Assembly: GCF_963921235.1 (NCBI RefSeq)
Contig: NC_086097.1
Coordinates: 219,296,001-219,360,000, forward strand
DNA length: 64,000 nucleotides
Source of the DNA: Mobula hypostoma
Taxonomy: Eukaryota
Reading direction: 5' to 3'
Position numbers and translations under genes: made by a program. Each line of letters starts with the position of its first letter. The first letter of the stretch is position 1. Below are positions 13,011 through 25,110 of this stretch, in pieces. The notes below the pieces were generated by a model that ran no database searches, was not told the DNA's origin, and saw nothing but the letters and a program-made list of their open reading frames with translations.

Positions 13011-13579
13011 TACCCACTCAGTGGCCACTTTATCAGGTGCACATGTACACCTTCTCATTAATGTAAATATCTAATCAGCCAATCATGTGGCAGAAACTCA
13101 ATGCGTAAAAGCTTACAGATGTTCAAGGAGTTCAGTTGTTATTCAAACCAAACATCAGAATGGGGAAGAAATGTGTTCCAGGTGACTTTGACTGTGAAAC
13201 AATTGTTGGTGCCAGATGGGCGATTTGAGTATCTCAGAAACTGCTGATCTCCTGGTATTTTCATGCACAGCAGTCTCTGGAGTTTACAGAGAATAGTGTA
13301 TAAAACAAGAAACATCCAGTGACTGGCAATTCTTTGGTAAAAAAATATCTTGTTAATGAGAGAGGTCAGAGAAGAATAGCAAGACTGGTTCAAGCTAACA
13401 AGAAAGCATCAGTAATTCAAATAACCACGTGTTGTCCAGAAGGGCATCTCTGAATGCATAGCACGTTGAACCTTAAAGTGGATGGGTTACAGCAGCAGAA
13501 AACCATGAACATACAGAGATACATTCAGTGGCCACTTTATCAGGTACCCACTGTACCTAATACGTGGCTACCTGGTGTA
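13011..13579 (+). mobile_element. Internally deleted Tc1-family DNA transposon (paired-like N-terminus only)
   Basis: TIR cactcagtggccactttatcaggt at left and its degenerate complement acctaatacgtggctacctggtg at right; degraded MGKK...IVGAR..LSISETADLL.FS...VS.VYRE...LVNERGQRR.ARLVQA.KAS..QITT. Confidence 0.85.
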
Positions 13580-13849
13580 ATTGAAATTGCCAGTGACTCC
13601 TCTCTAATTCTGGCACAAGCCATGTCTCACTAGGTGATTCATTTCATTCTTGCCAGCTACCTTCAGGGTACAGGGCACAGGTTGAAGTTTATGGAATATG
13701 AGAGTGGCTTCTGCACCTATGTGAGTCTTTGCTTTGTAATCTGTTTATAATCACATTTCCTTCCCCACGCCCCCAAAAAAAGATAAAACCATTTCTATCC
13801 AGCATTTCCTACAGGTAGAGAGGTTTGACAAACACGGATTGTTTTTTTT

Positions 13850-14225
13850 TCTGGAGCTTTGGAGACTTCTGGGCAACCTGGCAGCAGTGTATAAAATTAT
13901 GAGAGATGTAAATTGAGTAGATAGTCTGAGCCTTTTTCCCAGGGTGGAAATATAAATATGAGAAGACATAGATTTAAGATGAGATGAGTAAAGTTTAAAG
14001 GAGATGTTCATGACAAGTTTTTTTACACAGACTGTGGTTGAGAAATGTTAACTGGTAGTATCAGATAACAATGTTTAAGAGGCAGCTAAACAGACACAGG
14101 ACAGGCAGAGAAAAGCAGGATACATTCCAGCTGCAGGCAGATATGATCAGTACAGATTGGCATTGTGGCCGACGTACACATGCAGTGAAGGCCTGTTCCT
14201 GTGATATACTGTTCTATGTTCTATA
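13850..14225 (+). mobile_element. CR1 3' fragment, old
   Basis: gtgtataaaattatgagag...ttttttacacaga...gaaggcctgttcctgtg...ttctatgttcta tail. Confidence 0.75.
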
Positions 14226-14684
14226 TCCTCCAAGCAGAGTTTTCTAGAAGTTAGTCAGAACAGTTAAAGAGGTAAATAGTGAGGAGATTCTCAAAACTCA
14301 GCACAGATATCACTTGGTAAGTGAATCTCACTCAAGATGGAAGTACAGACTATAATAAAGTTTGTAGAACCAAAAGATTGTTGGTTGAAATTAGCTACAA
14401 AATCCGAAAATGATCACTACTAGAAATGAACCAATTCTGGGCGAGGTTGTGGCTAAATTAGATCCAGTGAAGGCTTCAGGAAGTAAAATGTATATCCACG
14501 CAAGTATGAGAAAGGATCTTCTTTGAATTCAAATGAAGATCCAAACAGCCTAAGAGTCAATTCAAAATCTAAACCTGTAAAATTTGAAAAACCAATTACT
14601 GCCATAGATCTGTATCATTTCATTAAATTTGAACTTTGATATTACTTGTATTTCACAATTACTTTATCAGAAAATGGAGAAAAG

Positions 14685-14960
14685 TGTTGTGTGCTTTTGC
14701 ATAGGAGAATGCCGTTATCTATGCTTCCATGAGTGCATTTCATAATGTAATCCTGATTGGACCGCAGGGCTATGTGAGGTGCCTGCTTTGCAATAAGATA
14801 ATAATTATCACAGTCAGACCACGTTTACATCAACACTGTAAAGTCTGCACCTGCAAACAATTAACAAAGCAAATATATCATTGCTTCCTATATATGTACT
14901 GTGTATGTTTCTTTGCTTTCAAAATGACTTTGCATGGTCTTTATAAATGCCATCACAACA
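14685..14960 (+). mobile_element. Probable 3' LTR of a degraded Gypsy element, preceded by a polypurine tract
   Basis: 7-bp terminal inverted repeat TGTTGTG...CACAACA; purine-rich run agaaaatggagaaaag at 14669-14684 immediately upstream. Confidence 0.55.
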
Positions 14961-15298
14961 CCATCTGACTCTCAACAGGAACGGCTGACAGCACTGTGGT
15001 TGAGCAAGACCTCTGTGCAGTAATAAGTACAAGGTGGCAGGCACAAAATAGTTTGTGGCAAAAAAAAATGGAGTCAAGGGTCAGAAAACAGAAATATTGC
15101 AATAAAACAGGTGAATAGCCATGGTTGCATTGAATAGTAGGACCCATGGGAAATGATCTTAGGATAGCGAAGGTCCAGATCCACGAAACCAGCCAGCCAG
15201 CCATTCAGTCGAACATCACAGGTAGTGGGAATAAGGCAAGAACGGGTGCTGGTGAACACAATACACTTATGGATTCATGATTGAATATTTAATCATCT

Positions 15299-16248
15299 CA
15301 GTGGATTCCGGTTAATTGGAACACATTTTGGCCCAGTTAGGTGGCTGCCCCAAATAGCCAGAGTTTTGTAGAAATAGCTAAAAAGGTGTCATAAAAAGAC
15401 AAACTACTGTTTAACTGAATAACAAATTATGTACTTAAAATGAAATACAGAACAAATTAGAACACTGTCAATACTACTACAGTTCTATAAAACTGTATAT
15501 TAGTTGCTAATAGTTATTAATGGTGCAATTCATCCAGGGTATTCTGTGTGTTCTTTTGATTGACTGTAAATGAACAAAATCAGTGCAAACACCTAGTGCT
15601 AATAATGGACTGCCTTCAAACAATGCTTTCGAGAATTGCATTGTCATTGTAGCATTCAAGATGACTGTTGATACCTTCAAATTCCTCATCGTTTCTAACT
15701 TACTGAAGTAGTGCAATTAATTTATTTTCTCTCCTGCCTGTTTCTGGCATCTCCAAGCCTGAATGTTTGAACCTGCAATGAGCAAAACAATTCTGAATTA
15801 TCTTGCTGCTTATTTCTCACCAACTATCAGTGACATAAATCATTATTTTTTGAACACAAACATGCAACTTAATCTATTCAGTATAAGTATACTGCAATTG
15901 ATTTACTTATTTATTTGTTTATTTTTTTTCTTCTTCTATGTTATGCATTGCATTGAACTGCTGCTGCTAAGTTAACAAATTTCACGACACAGGTCAGTGA
16001 TAATAAGCCTGATTCTGATTCTGTGTGCTCTAAACTCAGTGTAGCATTTAATGGCCACACAAATGCATGCATCTGACGTGTGTTAGAAATTGCTCAGCAT
16101 CAGTCTACTGCCCTAATTCAGCAGTAGAGTGTCCCAAATAAACAAAGGGAATTCCGACTATTTTATTGATTAATTTTTGTTCTTCAAGAGTTATCCCAAA
16201 TAAGTGGCTACCCCAATTAACCGATGGCCCAGTTAACCAGGTCCATTG
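15299..16248 (-). mobile_element. Non-autonomous pogo/Tigger-like DNA transposon carrying a Rex1 tail insertion (~15890-16022)
   Basis: TIRs cagtggattccggttaattgg / ccagttaaccaggtccattg followed by TA; subterminal gtggct(g/a)ccccaa at both ends. Confidence 0.7.
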
Positions 16249-16928
16249 TATTGTCCAGGGAAAGAGGAACAATAGGAAAACAGACTAAATGGATCTTACA
16301 TTTCCACACCTACTTCAGATTTAGGTTGCATTCAAAGTTTTCTCCAAACTCATATCCTTTGAAATGACCACATCACCAACCAATTGGTCAAGCTGAGAGA
16401 AGTTTCTAGAATGACATCAGTAAGGGATAACTTCTACCTGGTGCCAGCTGTGAAGCAGCTTGACCACAGCCAGTGAAACTGGCAAGGACCACACCCAGTA
16501 AAGATCTACCGTGAGGGCTCCACCAAAGGAACGAAGATGTCATTGACACAGTCTGAGACGGGAGACTAATCTTCATAAAGAACAGAGAATCCTAGATTCC
16601 AGGAGCTCAGCAAAGACAACTGTGATTGGCTCCAAGCATAAAAAGATAGTGCTTGGGACTCACTCAGTTGATCAGCACAGGTCTTTAGTTTTATCTGGAG
16701 TAGATCACTCTAATAATAATAATTTCTGAATGAAATTAGACCAGGCAATTCCTGCTGACTTATATGACCTTTAATCAGTATTTGGACCATTCATAATGTT
16801 ATCATCACTAATTCTGTGCCCATTTATGACCTTCCTGACATAAACTAGGTCTTAAATGTGCATCTACAACTTCCAAGGGGCAATTCTTGTAAAGTACTTT
16901 ACGACATCTTTGAACGCACTGTATACCT

Positions 16929-17398
16929 GTATATAGCAAAGGTGCCTAAGACTTTTGCATGGTACTTTATTTGCCAGCGTGGAGTGGAGAGCCAGTTTAT
17001 AAATTTGGCGGGAGCAGAAGATTTTGAGAATGTTGAGGGTGGACCACTGTGGGGGGGCGATGGGAGAGCCGGCAGAGAAAGAGAGACAGGAAGGCGGTTG
17101 GCACGAGAACAGACACACCCAGCCCTGAGACACCAGGCAAGGTCACTTGATTCCAAACAATTGGTTTAGTAATCACTACAGAATGTCTCTCAGGTGCTCC
17201 AAGCTTCCTCCCTTCTCCCCTTTTCCCAACCACTCTTCCTGCCCCCTTTCCACTCTCAGTCCACAATACAGAGCCATATCAGAATCAGGTTTGTCATCAC
17301 TCAAAATATCATGATTTTTTTTTACAACAGCAGTACAACACAGTATTTAAAATTACTACAGTACTGTACAAACATCTTAAGCACCCTAGCTATATATA
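16929..17398. mobile_element. MITE with ~38-bp terminal inverted repeats (Tc1-like TIR sequence)
   Basis: tatatagcaaaggtgcctaagacttttgcatggtact (16930-16966) is the imperfect reverse complement of cagtactgtacaaacatcttaagcaccctagctatata (17360-17397); no ORF. Confidence 0.7.
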
Positions 17399-17914
17399 GG
17401 TGCACAGTTCATGTACAGCTGGATAGCGTTATGCTAATCTGTTGTTTTTTACGATTTAGAGTGATCTTGTGCAGGCATCAGTAGGTCAGACTGAGAAGCT
17501 TCAGCATCACTGCCCACTCATTATTCGCCTGCCAAAGCTTACGGATTTCTTCAACATTTAGCTGCTAAGATAGTTATTCCAGAGGCTCATCAGTGACCAC
17601 ACTAGCGGCAGAGGTTTATTACTGAAGTCATTATTGCCATGACTGGCATCTCAGAGGGAGCTGGGAAATTGGCGGAGACACATGTGGATCCTTCTCTCAG
17701 ACAGCTTTCAGAGGCTTCAGACTTCAACCTGGCCCTCCCCACCAGACAACAGGCTCAGTTTTTTCCAGGTTATCTTCAGCTGTGCTATTATGACATAACT
17801 GCTCTTGCCATGAAGGTCCAGATCACCTTGACACTCAACACTCTTGTCAGAGGAGCTTTATGAGCAGATTCTTCGGATCACTGCCAGGTTTTCTGATCTC
17901 TTGCTTACGCAGGC

Positions 17915-18070
17915 ATTCTAAAATAAAAAACTGAAAATGCAGGAAATATGCGGTAGGTCAGGCCACATCGAAAGAAAGCGGAATGGAGTTAATGTTTCAG
18001 GTCAAAGGCATTTTGTCAGAACTGGGAAAGAGAAAAGAAGCTTGTTAAACTGCAGGAGAGTGGGGAAGGG
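17915..18070 (-). mobile_element. Old Penelope-like pseudo-LTR with decayed hammerhead
   Basis: Minus strand of 17987-18023 reads agtt-CTGACAA-aatgcctttgacct-GAAA-catt-aact. Confidence 0.6.
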
Positions 18071-18274
18071 GGGAATGTTTCTGACAAGAAATGTTTCCTT
18101 TATTTATTAAAGTCTCTCCTTACTTAATAGGGAAAAATGCGCCTTTTCTCATGATGTGTTTTTTAGAGTATCAAAAGGGTAAAATATTTACTTTAAAATG
18201 AAAACAGAAATCTTAAACAAAAGTTATAGATTTCTACTGCAGTAAAATCCATTTTAGCAGGTCATTTTTACCTG

Positions 18275-19170
18275 TTCTAAATGTTGGTGCTCCACATAGT
18301 TGCTTCCTGAGCTCCCCACTCTATTCCCTGTATGCACATGACTGCAAGACCATATTCTGCTCTGACTCCATCTACAAGTTTGCACTGGCCTTGCAATGAG
18401 TTGGAGTACGGGTAGGAGATTGAGAGCTTAGTGACATGGTATCATGACAACGACATTTCCATGAATGTTAACAAAACAGAAACGCTTGTCATTGACTTGG
18501 GGAAGCGGGGTGGTGCACATGCAGCTGTCTACATCATGGTGTTGAGGTTGAGAGGGTTAAGAGTTTTAAGCTCCTAGGTGTGAGCATCGTCAATACATGT
18601 CCTGGTCTAATAACCACACTGATGTCATGGCCAAAAAGACCTCACTAATTCCAGAAATCCAGCATGTTCCCAATGACTCATACCATTTTTTTATTGATAC
18701 ATTCTATCTGGATGCAGAACAGCTTAGTATGACAACTGCTCTGAACATGTCTGCGGGAATCTGCAGAGTTGTGGACACAGCTCGACACATCATGGAAACC
18801 AGTCTCCCCTCTATGGACTCTGCCTATACATCTTCTTGCCTCAGGAAAGCAGCCAACACAATCAAAGACACCACTTACCCTGGACATTCTCCCCTCTCTC
18901 CTCTCCCATAGCACAGAAGATACAAAAGCCTGAAAGCCACTAGGCTCAATGACCGCTTCTATTCCATTGTTAGCAGGGTCTTGAGCAAACCTCTTGTACT
19001 GGGCTTCATAGTCTACCTTGTTATGATCTTGCACTTACCTGCACTGTACTTTTTCTGTATTGTTATAGCTTTACCTTATTCCACCTCAATGCACTGTGTA
19101 ACTATTTGATGTGCATAAACAGCATGCAAAACAAGCTATTCAATGTATCTTGGTACATGTGACAATAACA
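18275..19170 (+). mobile_element. Rex1/Babar LINE 3' portion, degraded
   Basis: Similar to the other Rex1 copies (ctacaagtttgc, RVVDTARHI..TSLPS, CLRKAANTIKD..YPGH); gtgacaataa tail. Confidence 0.8.
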
Positions 19171-19581
19171 AACTAGTACCGATATCACAGTAGGAGAAGA
19201 AAGCTAATCTTGCACATTGACATTGAGACACTGGGAGCATTGCAAATTAAGGAAAAATTGGATAATTATGTCAGCATTAATTCAGTTTTTGGCTTCCTCT
19301 CCAACTGGTATATTTCATTATCATGTCATTGTATCAGAGGAACATTTGATTTTCATAAAATAATCTCAAATCCTACAACCTCATATAACCATATTTTCCA
19401 ATAATTGGCAGAAACCATTGATAAATCTGTCTGTTGGTGTGGGTTCTTTTCCTAGTAAGTTGATCAAATTCCAGCTTCTTGCTGGAATATGCAAAAAATA
19501 TTTGAGATAAAATATACTTGGAGCAAAAATGAACTGCTGGACAAATTCAACAGATTAAGCAGTGTTTGTAGAGAAAAAAAA

Positions 19582-20608
19582 AATCTCCTGCAGGATCTCC
19601 ATCAGCACAAGGGCACCACAGGGATGTGTGCTTAGTTCCCTGGTCTACTCACTGTACACCTATGACTGTACGGCTAAGTACAGCTCCAACACCATATACA
19701 AGTTTGCTGATGACACCACTGTTGTGAGCTGTATCAAAGGGGGTGATGAATCAGCATACGAGAGGGAGATTGAACACTTGGCTGAGCGGTGTAATGACAA
19801 AAACCCCTCACTAAAGTCAAGAAGACCAAGGAACTGATTGTAGACCTCAGGAAAGGGAAACCAGAGGGTCTATGACCAGTAATCCTCAGAGGATCAGAGG
19901 CAGAGAGGGTCAGTAACTTTACGTTCCTGGGTGTCACAATCTCAGAGGAGCCATCATATAAATAAGATTGCAAAGAAAGCATGACAGCGCCTCTTCTTCC
20001 TCAGCAATCTGCAGAGGTTCGGCATGCCATCAAAAACCTTGGTAAACTTCCACAGATGTGTGGTGGAAAGTGTACTGACTGATGGCCTGGTATGGGAACA
20101 CCAACGCCTTTGAGCGGAAAATCCTACAAAAGGTAGTGGATTCGGCCCAGTACATCATGGGTAAAACCCTCCCAACCATTGAGCACGTCTACATGAAAGG
20201 TTGCTGCAGAAAAGCAGCATCCATTATCAAAGATGCTCACCACCCAGGCCATGCTCTTTTCTCGCTGCTGCCATCAGGTGGAAGGTACAGGGGCCTCAGG
20301 ACTCGCACCACCTGGTCTAGAACAGTTATTACCCTTCAACCATCAGGCTCTTGAACAAAAGGGGATAGCTACCATCATTCTACTTCTGGTGGTTCCCACA
20401 ACCGGTGGGCTCACTTTAAAGACTCTATATCTTGTTATTTCATGCTCTCGTTATTTATTTATATTTGCATTTGCACAGTTTGTTGTTCATTGATCCTGTT
20501 TACAGTTACAGTTCTATAGATTTGCTAAGTATACCCGCAGAAGAAGAATCTCAGGGTTGCATGTGGTGACATGTATGTACTCTGATAATAAGTTTTAATT
20601 TGAACTTT
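19582..20608 (+). mobile_element. Rex1/Babar LINE 3' portion, inserted into an older pseudo-LTR remnant
   Basis: APQGCVLSSLVYSLYT, KFADDTT, HPGHALFSLLPSG; tail ctgataataagttttaatttgaactttga. Confidence 0.88.
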
Positions 20609-20679
20609 GATGGTTGGTGTTTCAGGACACCCTGCTACAGGTCTGAGAGTACAGGAAGATAGACAGAATCCACCTATCG

Positions 20680-21520
20680 CTGTCAGAGGTTACAGCAGGA
20701 CATTGATAGGATGCAAAACTAGGCTGAGAAATGATAGTTGGAGTTCAATCCAGATAAGTGTGAGGTGGTACATTTTGGTAGGTCAAATATGATGGCAGAA
20801 TATTGATGGTAAGACTCTTGGCAGTGTGGAGGATCAGAGGGATCTTGAGGTCCGAGTCCATAGGACACTCAAAGCTGCTGTGCATGCCACAAAGAAGGCA
20901 TACAGTGCATTGGCCTTTATCAACCATAGGATTGAGTTCAAAAGCTGAGAGGTAATGTTACAGCTATATAGGACCCTGGTCAGACCCCACTTGGAGTACT
21001 GTGCTCAGTTCTGGTTGCCTCACTTCAAGAAGGATGTGGAAACCATAAATAGGATGCAGAGGAGATTTACAAGGATGTTGCCTGGATTGGGGAGCATGCG
21101 TTATGAGAATAGGTTGAGTGAACTCGACCTTTTCTCCTTGGAGCGACGGAGGATGAGAGGTGACCTGATAGAGATGTACAAGATAATGAGAGGCATTGAT
21201 TGTGTGGATAGTGAGAGGCTTTTTCCCAGGGCTGAAATGGTTGCCACAAGAAGATGTAGGTTTAAGGTGCTGGGCAGTAGGTACAGAGGTGATGTCAGGG
21301 GTAAGATTTTTATGCAGAGAGTGGTGAGTGCATGGAATGGCGGCAACGGTGGTGGAGGTGGGTACAATTGGGTCTTCTAAGAGACTTTTGGTTAGGTACA
21401 TGGAGCTTAGAAAAATAGAGGGCTATGGGTAAGACTAGTAATTTCTAAGGTAGGGACATTTTTGGCACAACTTTGTGGGCAGAAGGGCCTGTATTGTGCT
21501 GTAGGTTTTCTATGTTTCTA
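20680..21520 (+). mobile_element. CR1 3' portion (same subfamily as 1-2516 and 47203-49609)
   Basis: LYRTLVRPHLEYCAQFW, RRMRGDLIEMYKI; tail gtaggttttctatgtttcta. Confidence 0.9.
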
Positions 21521-22232
21521 ACTACTGACTGCACTGCAGGATCTGCACTCCCTCGCAGGTGGAATACGGAATAAGAAGCAATCATGCTGGTGAGTGTGCA
21601 CGTTGCAGCCTTATAGCGTTTCAGTGTGGTGGTATTTAACTCCCTTTTTCTCATTTCAGTCTTGACCAAAAACGTTCCCTGCTTACTGGTATCCTTGTTC
21701 TGGGAAAAGAAGGATACCATAAAGGATGAAGCTATTTATTTTGTATTAAGCTACTACTGCCAAGCTGCTGTATTGGTGTTAGTTTTAGTTTGAAAGTTCT
21801 AGCTAATGGCCCCATTGACCTAGCATTTATTGCTTTTCCCTTACTTCTGCACCATTCCTATTAAAAGTCACTGAACTGTTGATCTACTTCAGTCTCTCTC
21901 TTGGCACCTGGGCCATCAGTGCACGTCCTTGTCACAGGATGAAGCATGTGTTCCTAAGGTTATGCTTTGTAAATTCAAAACATTGAACTAATTCAAAGAA
22001 GCTCAAGGGAGTCTGAAAATACGAGTGTAGTTCAAGTTCACATTAAACGAAGCACGCGCGTATCACGTGGTAGCGTGATGATGTATGCAATTCACGTAAT
22101 TTTACATATAACCTGTAATGAATCATTTAAACAGATAGGGAAACTTAATGAACCAATATATATCATTGTAGTAACACACATCAAAGTTGCTGGTGAACGC
22201 AGCAGGCCAGGCAGCATCTCTAGGAAGAGGTG

Positions 22233-22270
22233 CAGTCGACGTTTCAAGCCGAGACCCTTCGTCAGGACTA
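22233..22270 (-). ncRNA. Minimal type-I hammerhead ribozyme (Penelope-type)
   Basis: Minus strand: UAGUC-CUGACGA-AGG(gucucgg)CUU-GAAA-CGUC-GACUG; intact CUGANGA, GAAA and GUC core; stem I UAGUC/GACUG; predicted cleavage between 22238 and 22237. Confidence 0.8.
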
Positions 22271-22698
22271 ACTGAAGGAAGAGTGAGTAAGGGATTTGAA
22301 AGTTGGAGGGGGAGGGGGAGATCCAAAATGATAGGAGAAGACAGGAGGGGGAGGGATGGAGCCAGGAGCTGGACAGGTGATAGGTAAAAGGGGATACGAG
22401 AGGATCATGGGACAGGAGGTCCGGGAAGAAAGACGGGGGGGGGAAGCCAGAGGATGGGCAAGGGGTATATTCAGAGGGACAGAGGGAGAAAAAGGAGAGT
22501 GAGAGAAAGAATGTGTGTATAAAAGTAAGTAACAGATATTGAATCCCTCCCCCTCCTGTCTTCTCCTATCATTTTGAATCCCCCCCCCTCCTGTCTTCTC
22601 CTATCATTTTGCTCCCTCCCCCTCCTGTCTTCTCCTATCATTTTGGATCTCCCCCTCCCCCTCCAATTTTCAAATCTCTTACTCACTCTTCCTTCAGT

Positions 22699-22736
22699 TA
22701 GTCCTGACGAAGGAGCTCGGCCTGAAACGTCGACTG
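22699..22736 (+). ncRNA. Minimal type-I hammerhead ribozyme (Penelope-type)
   Basis: UAGUC-CUGACGA-AGG(agcucgg)CCU-GAAA-CGUC-GACUG; palindromic ACGU replaces helix III; predicted cleavage after C22731. Confidence 0.85.
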
Positions 22737-22864
22737 CACCTCTTCCTAGAGATGCTGCCTGGCCTGCTGCGTTCACCAGCAACTTTGATGTGTGTTGCTT
22801 GAATTTCCAGCATCTGAAGAATTCCTGTTGTTTGCATATCATAGTAGTATTTCATTACATTACA

Positions 22865-23900
22865 AGGGAGGAGTAAGACAGAGGCTAGGAATAGAACCAG
22901 ATGGCGATAATGGGCGGATGGAACGAAGTGGGAGAGGAGGAGGTTTAGTATTGATGTAGACATTGTTTGGTGATAGGTGATAACTTAAGGAAAGAAAAAA
23001 ATAAGAGGCAAATAGAATCGGGTGAGAAAGGGGAGGGGGAAGGTACAGTATGGGCCAAGGGTGGCATGTGATAGGTGGATCCAGGTAAGGAAGAAATGAT
23101 GGACAGATGGATCCATGAAGGGTGTGTAATGAGGGATGGGTTAGGTGAACAAAGGGAGAGACCTTATGTGGACTGATGGGAGAGGTAAATGAACACAGGG
23201 GAGTTGTTTGCATAAAATTGCAAAATTCCTGGTTCATACCAGAGGGCTGTAATCTACCATTGTGTAACATGAGATACTGTTCTAGATTGGGTTTGACCTT
23301 ACCGTAGCAGTGGAAGGGCCAAGAACAGACAGATCGACGTGGGGATAGGAAGGAGAGCTGATATGACAGATAAGCAGAAGCTTAGGATAGGCAATGCAGA
23401 CAGAACCCAAATGTGGTGCAAACAAGTTTCATCGATGTAGAAGGGCCACATTTCAAGCACAGAATGCAATAGGCCATGTTGGGGGAGGTGCTTGTGAGTC
23501 TCTGCCTAACCCGGAAAGGAAATATGGGTTGCTGGATGGTGATGAGAAATGAGGTCTACGGGTAGGTGGACTCCTGTAGTTGCAGGAGAAGTGCCACAGG
23601 ATATGGATGGATGGATGGGTAGGGACAAGTAAACCAGAGAGTCACGAAGAGGGTCATTCTTGCAGAAAGGGGTGGAGCAAATTGGAAGATGTGGCTGGTG
23701 GTGAAATCACGTTGGAGCTGACGGAGGTGGCAGAAGATGCTGTGTTTGATGCACAGGCTAGTGGGGTGAAAAGAAAGGAGTGGGGTATTTTATCTTTGTT
23801 TTGTCTGGGTAGAGGGAGGGAGGTGAGAGCTTAACTGGAGGAAATGGCTTAACTCAAGCAAGAAAGAACCATTGCTGCGGGGGATAGTGTCTAGGAGATG
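22865..23900 (-). mobile_element. Old Penelope-like element, GIY-YIG endonuclease C-terminus and pyrimidine-rich 3' region
   Basis: Minus strand ~23520-23430: PFRVRQRLTSTSPNMAYCILCLKCG then (frameshift) FYIDET; further 3' GRLQPSGMNQEFCNF, the typical end of vertebrate Penelope ORFs. Confidence 0.8.
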
Positions 23901-24914
23901 TTAGACCAGCAAATAACACTTAAAGTAAAATCAACCGAGGGAGATATGGACACTCTATCTACAGTGTTAGAGACTGGACTCATGAATCCTGAGGTTGTGT
24001 GGCCCTCCCCCGAACTCTTCCTAAGAACATCCCCCCGCCCAAAATGACATATATGGCTATTTTAGAAACCCCGCAGAAATTCTGCACAAGAGAGGACATT
24101 GTAGCAATCTCTATCTTCAATAGATTTAAAAGTGACTTGACTTGACAAATTCAAGTTAACAATGACCAAATCTATCTCTGATCAAACTAAGAGCAGTGAG
24201 AAACAGTCATTTCAGAAAAGATCACTGATCTTCAGTCAGATTAATCTATATTCATTATGCCATGGTGATGCAGCAGTCAGTGTTGTTGCTGCCGCAGTTC
24301 CAGCGTTTGATGCTGCCGATGAATTTTCCACACTTCCAGACATTGAAAGCTGTAGCTGGCAGATGGAGAGTGCAACATGTCAATGTCACAGTGCAGGCCC
24401 ATCTCCTCGCTGCCTCATTTCTAAATCTTGCTCGCCATGCTTCTAGCTTTGCTGTGAGCGAATACCAAAAGTTATAAGTCACCACCAGAAGTTCTAGTTT
24501 CTTCCAGCACTGGAAGGGAAGTGTGCTGTGTGTCTGGGACATTATTGGTGCATGTCCATTGGGGTAAAGGCCTCGGCAGCAATAGGGTGAGCGGTGAATG
24601 CAAGAGCCGAGACTAATTTCCCAATGGACAGATTCACCCAGGAATAATACTGGCCTGAACCATTGTCTGGAGTTCCCTCCTTCACGCACCCCCCCACCCC
24701 GGTGAAACCTCTCCTATGTATGATTTGTGAATAGAAACGTACAAATTGATCTAACATCTGGAGAATTTTAACAATGTAATGGTGAGAACATGGATTCATA
24801 ATTGACCAAGGGGTAAAGGGTACAGAAGAGCAACAAATGGATGAATGAGTCCCTAGCGACTGGTATGCTGACCATTAGTTTTTCCTTGAATGGCCATGGG
24901 GATTGCAGATTCAG

Positions 24915-25110
24915 CACCTTTTCCTAGGGTTGGGGAAACAAGAACTAGAGGTGATGGTGGAAAGATTTAATAGGGAATTGAGGGGCAACTTTTTTACACA
25001 GAAGGTAGTATATATGCAGAATGAGCAAGTGGCTGAGGTGAGTAGAATAACAACTTTTAAAAGACAGCTAGGCAGGTACAGGGACAGGACAGGCTTTAAT
25101 GTTGGTACGA
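24915..25110 (+). mobile_element. CR1 3' fragment, old
   Basis: ERFNRELRGNFFTQKVV...ITTFKRQLGRY. Confidence 0.7.

Larger units (their letters stand above)
22174..22835. mobile_element. Young Penelope-like element remnant: two inverted pseudo-LTRs, each with a hammerhead ribozyme
   Basis: ~185-bp near-perfect inverted arms (22174-22357 / ~22613-22795); right arm extended by a ~40-nt tail; 14-bp TSD atatcattgtagta/atatcatagtagta (22160-22173/22836-22849). Confidence 0.9.
21958..22864. mobile_element. Short solo LTR (~250 bp) split by the Penelope insertion at 22174-22835
   Basis: 21958-22160 is a reverse-complement homolog of the TG..CA element at 35663-35907 (ttcaaaacattgaactaattcaaa / tttgaattagtttaatgttttgaa); ends ...cattaca at 22864. 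Confidence 0.65.

Noticed and set aside
17639..17863. 74-aa plus-strand ORF
   Set aside because: No homology I can recognise and no clear splice signals.
21560..21590. Possible 31-nt micro-exon (ccctcgcag|...|gtgagt)
   Set aside because: Short polypyrimidine tract, unrecognised peptide and no partner exons; not supportable.
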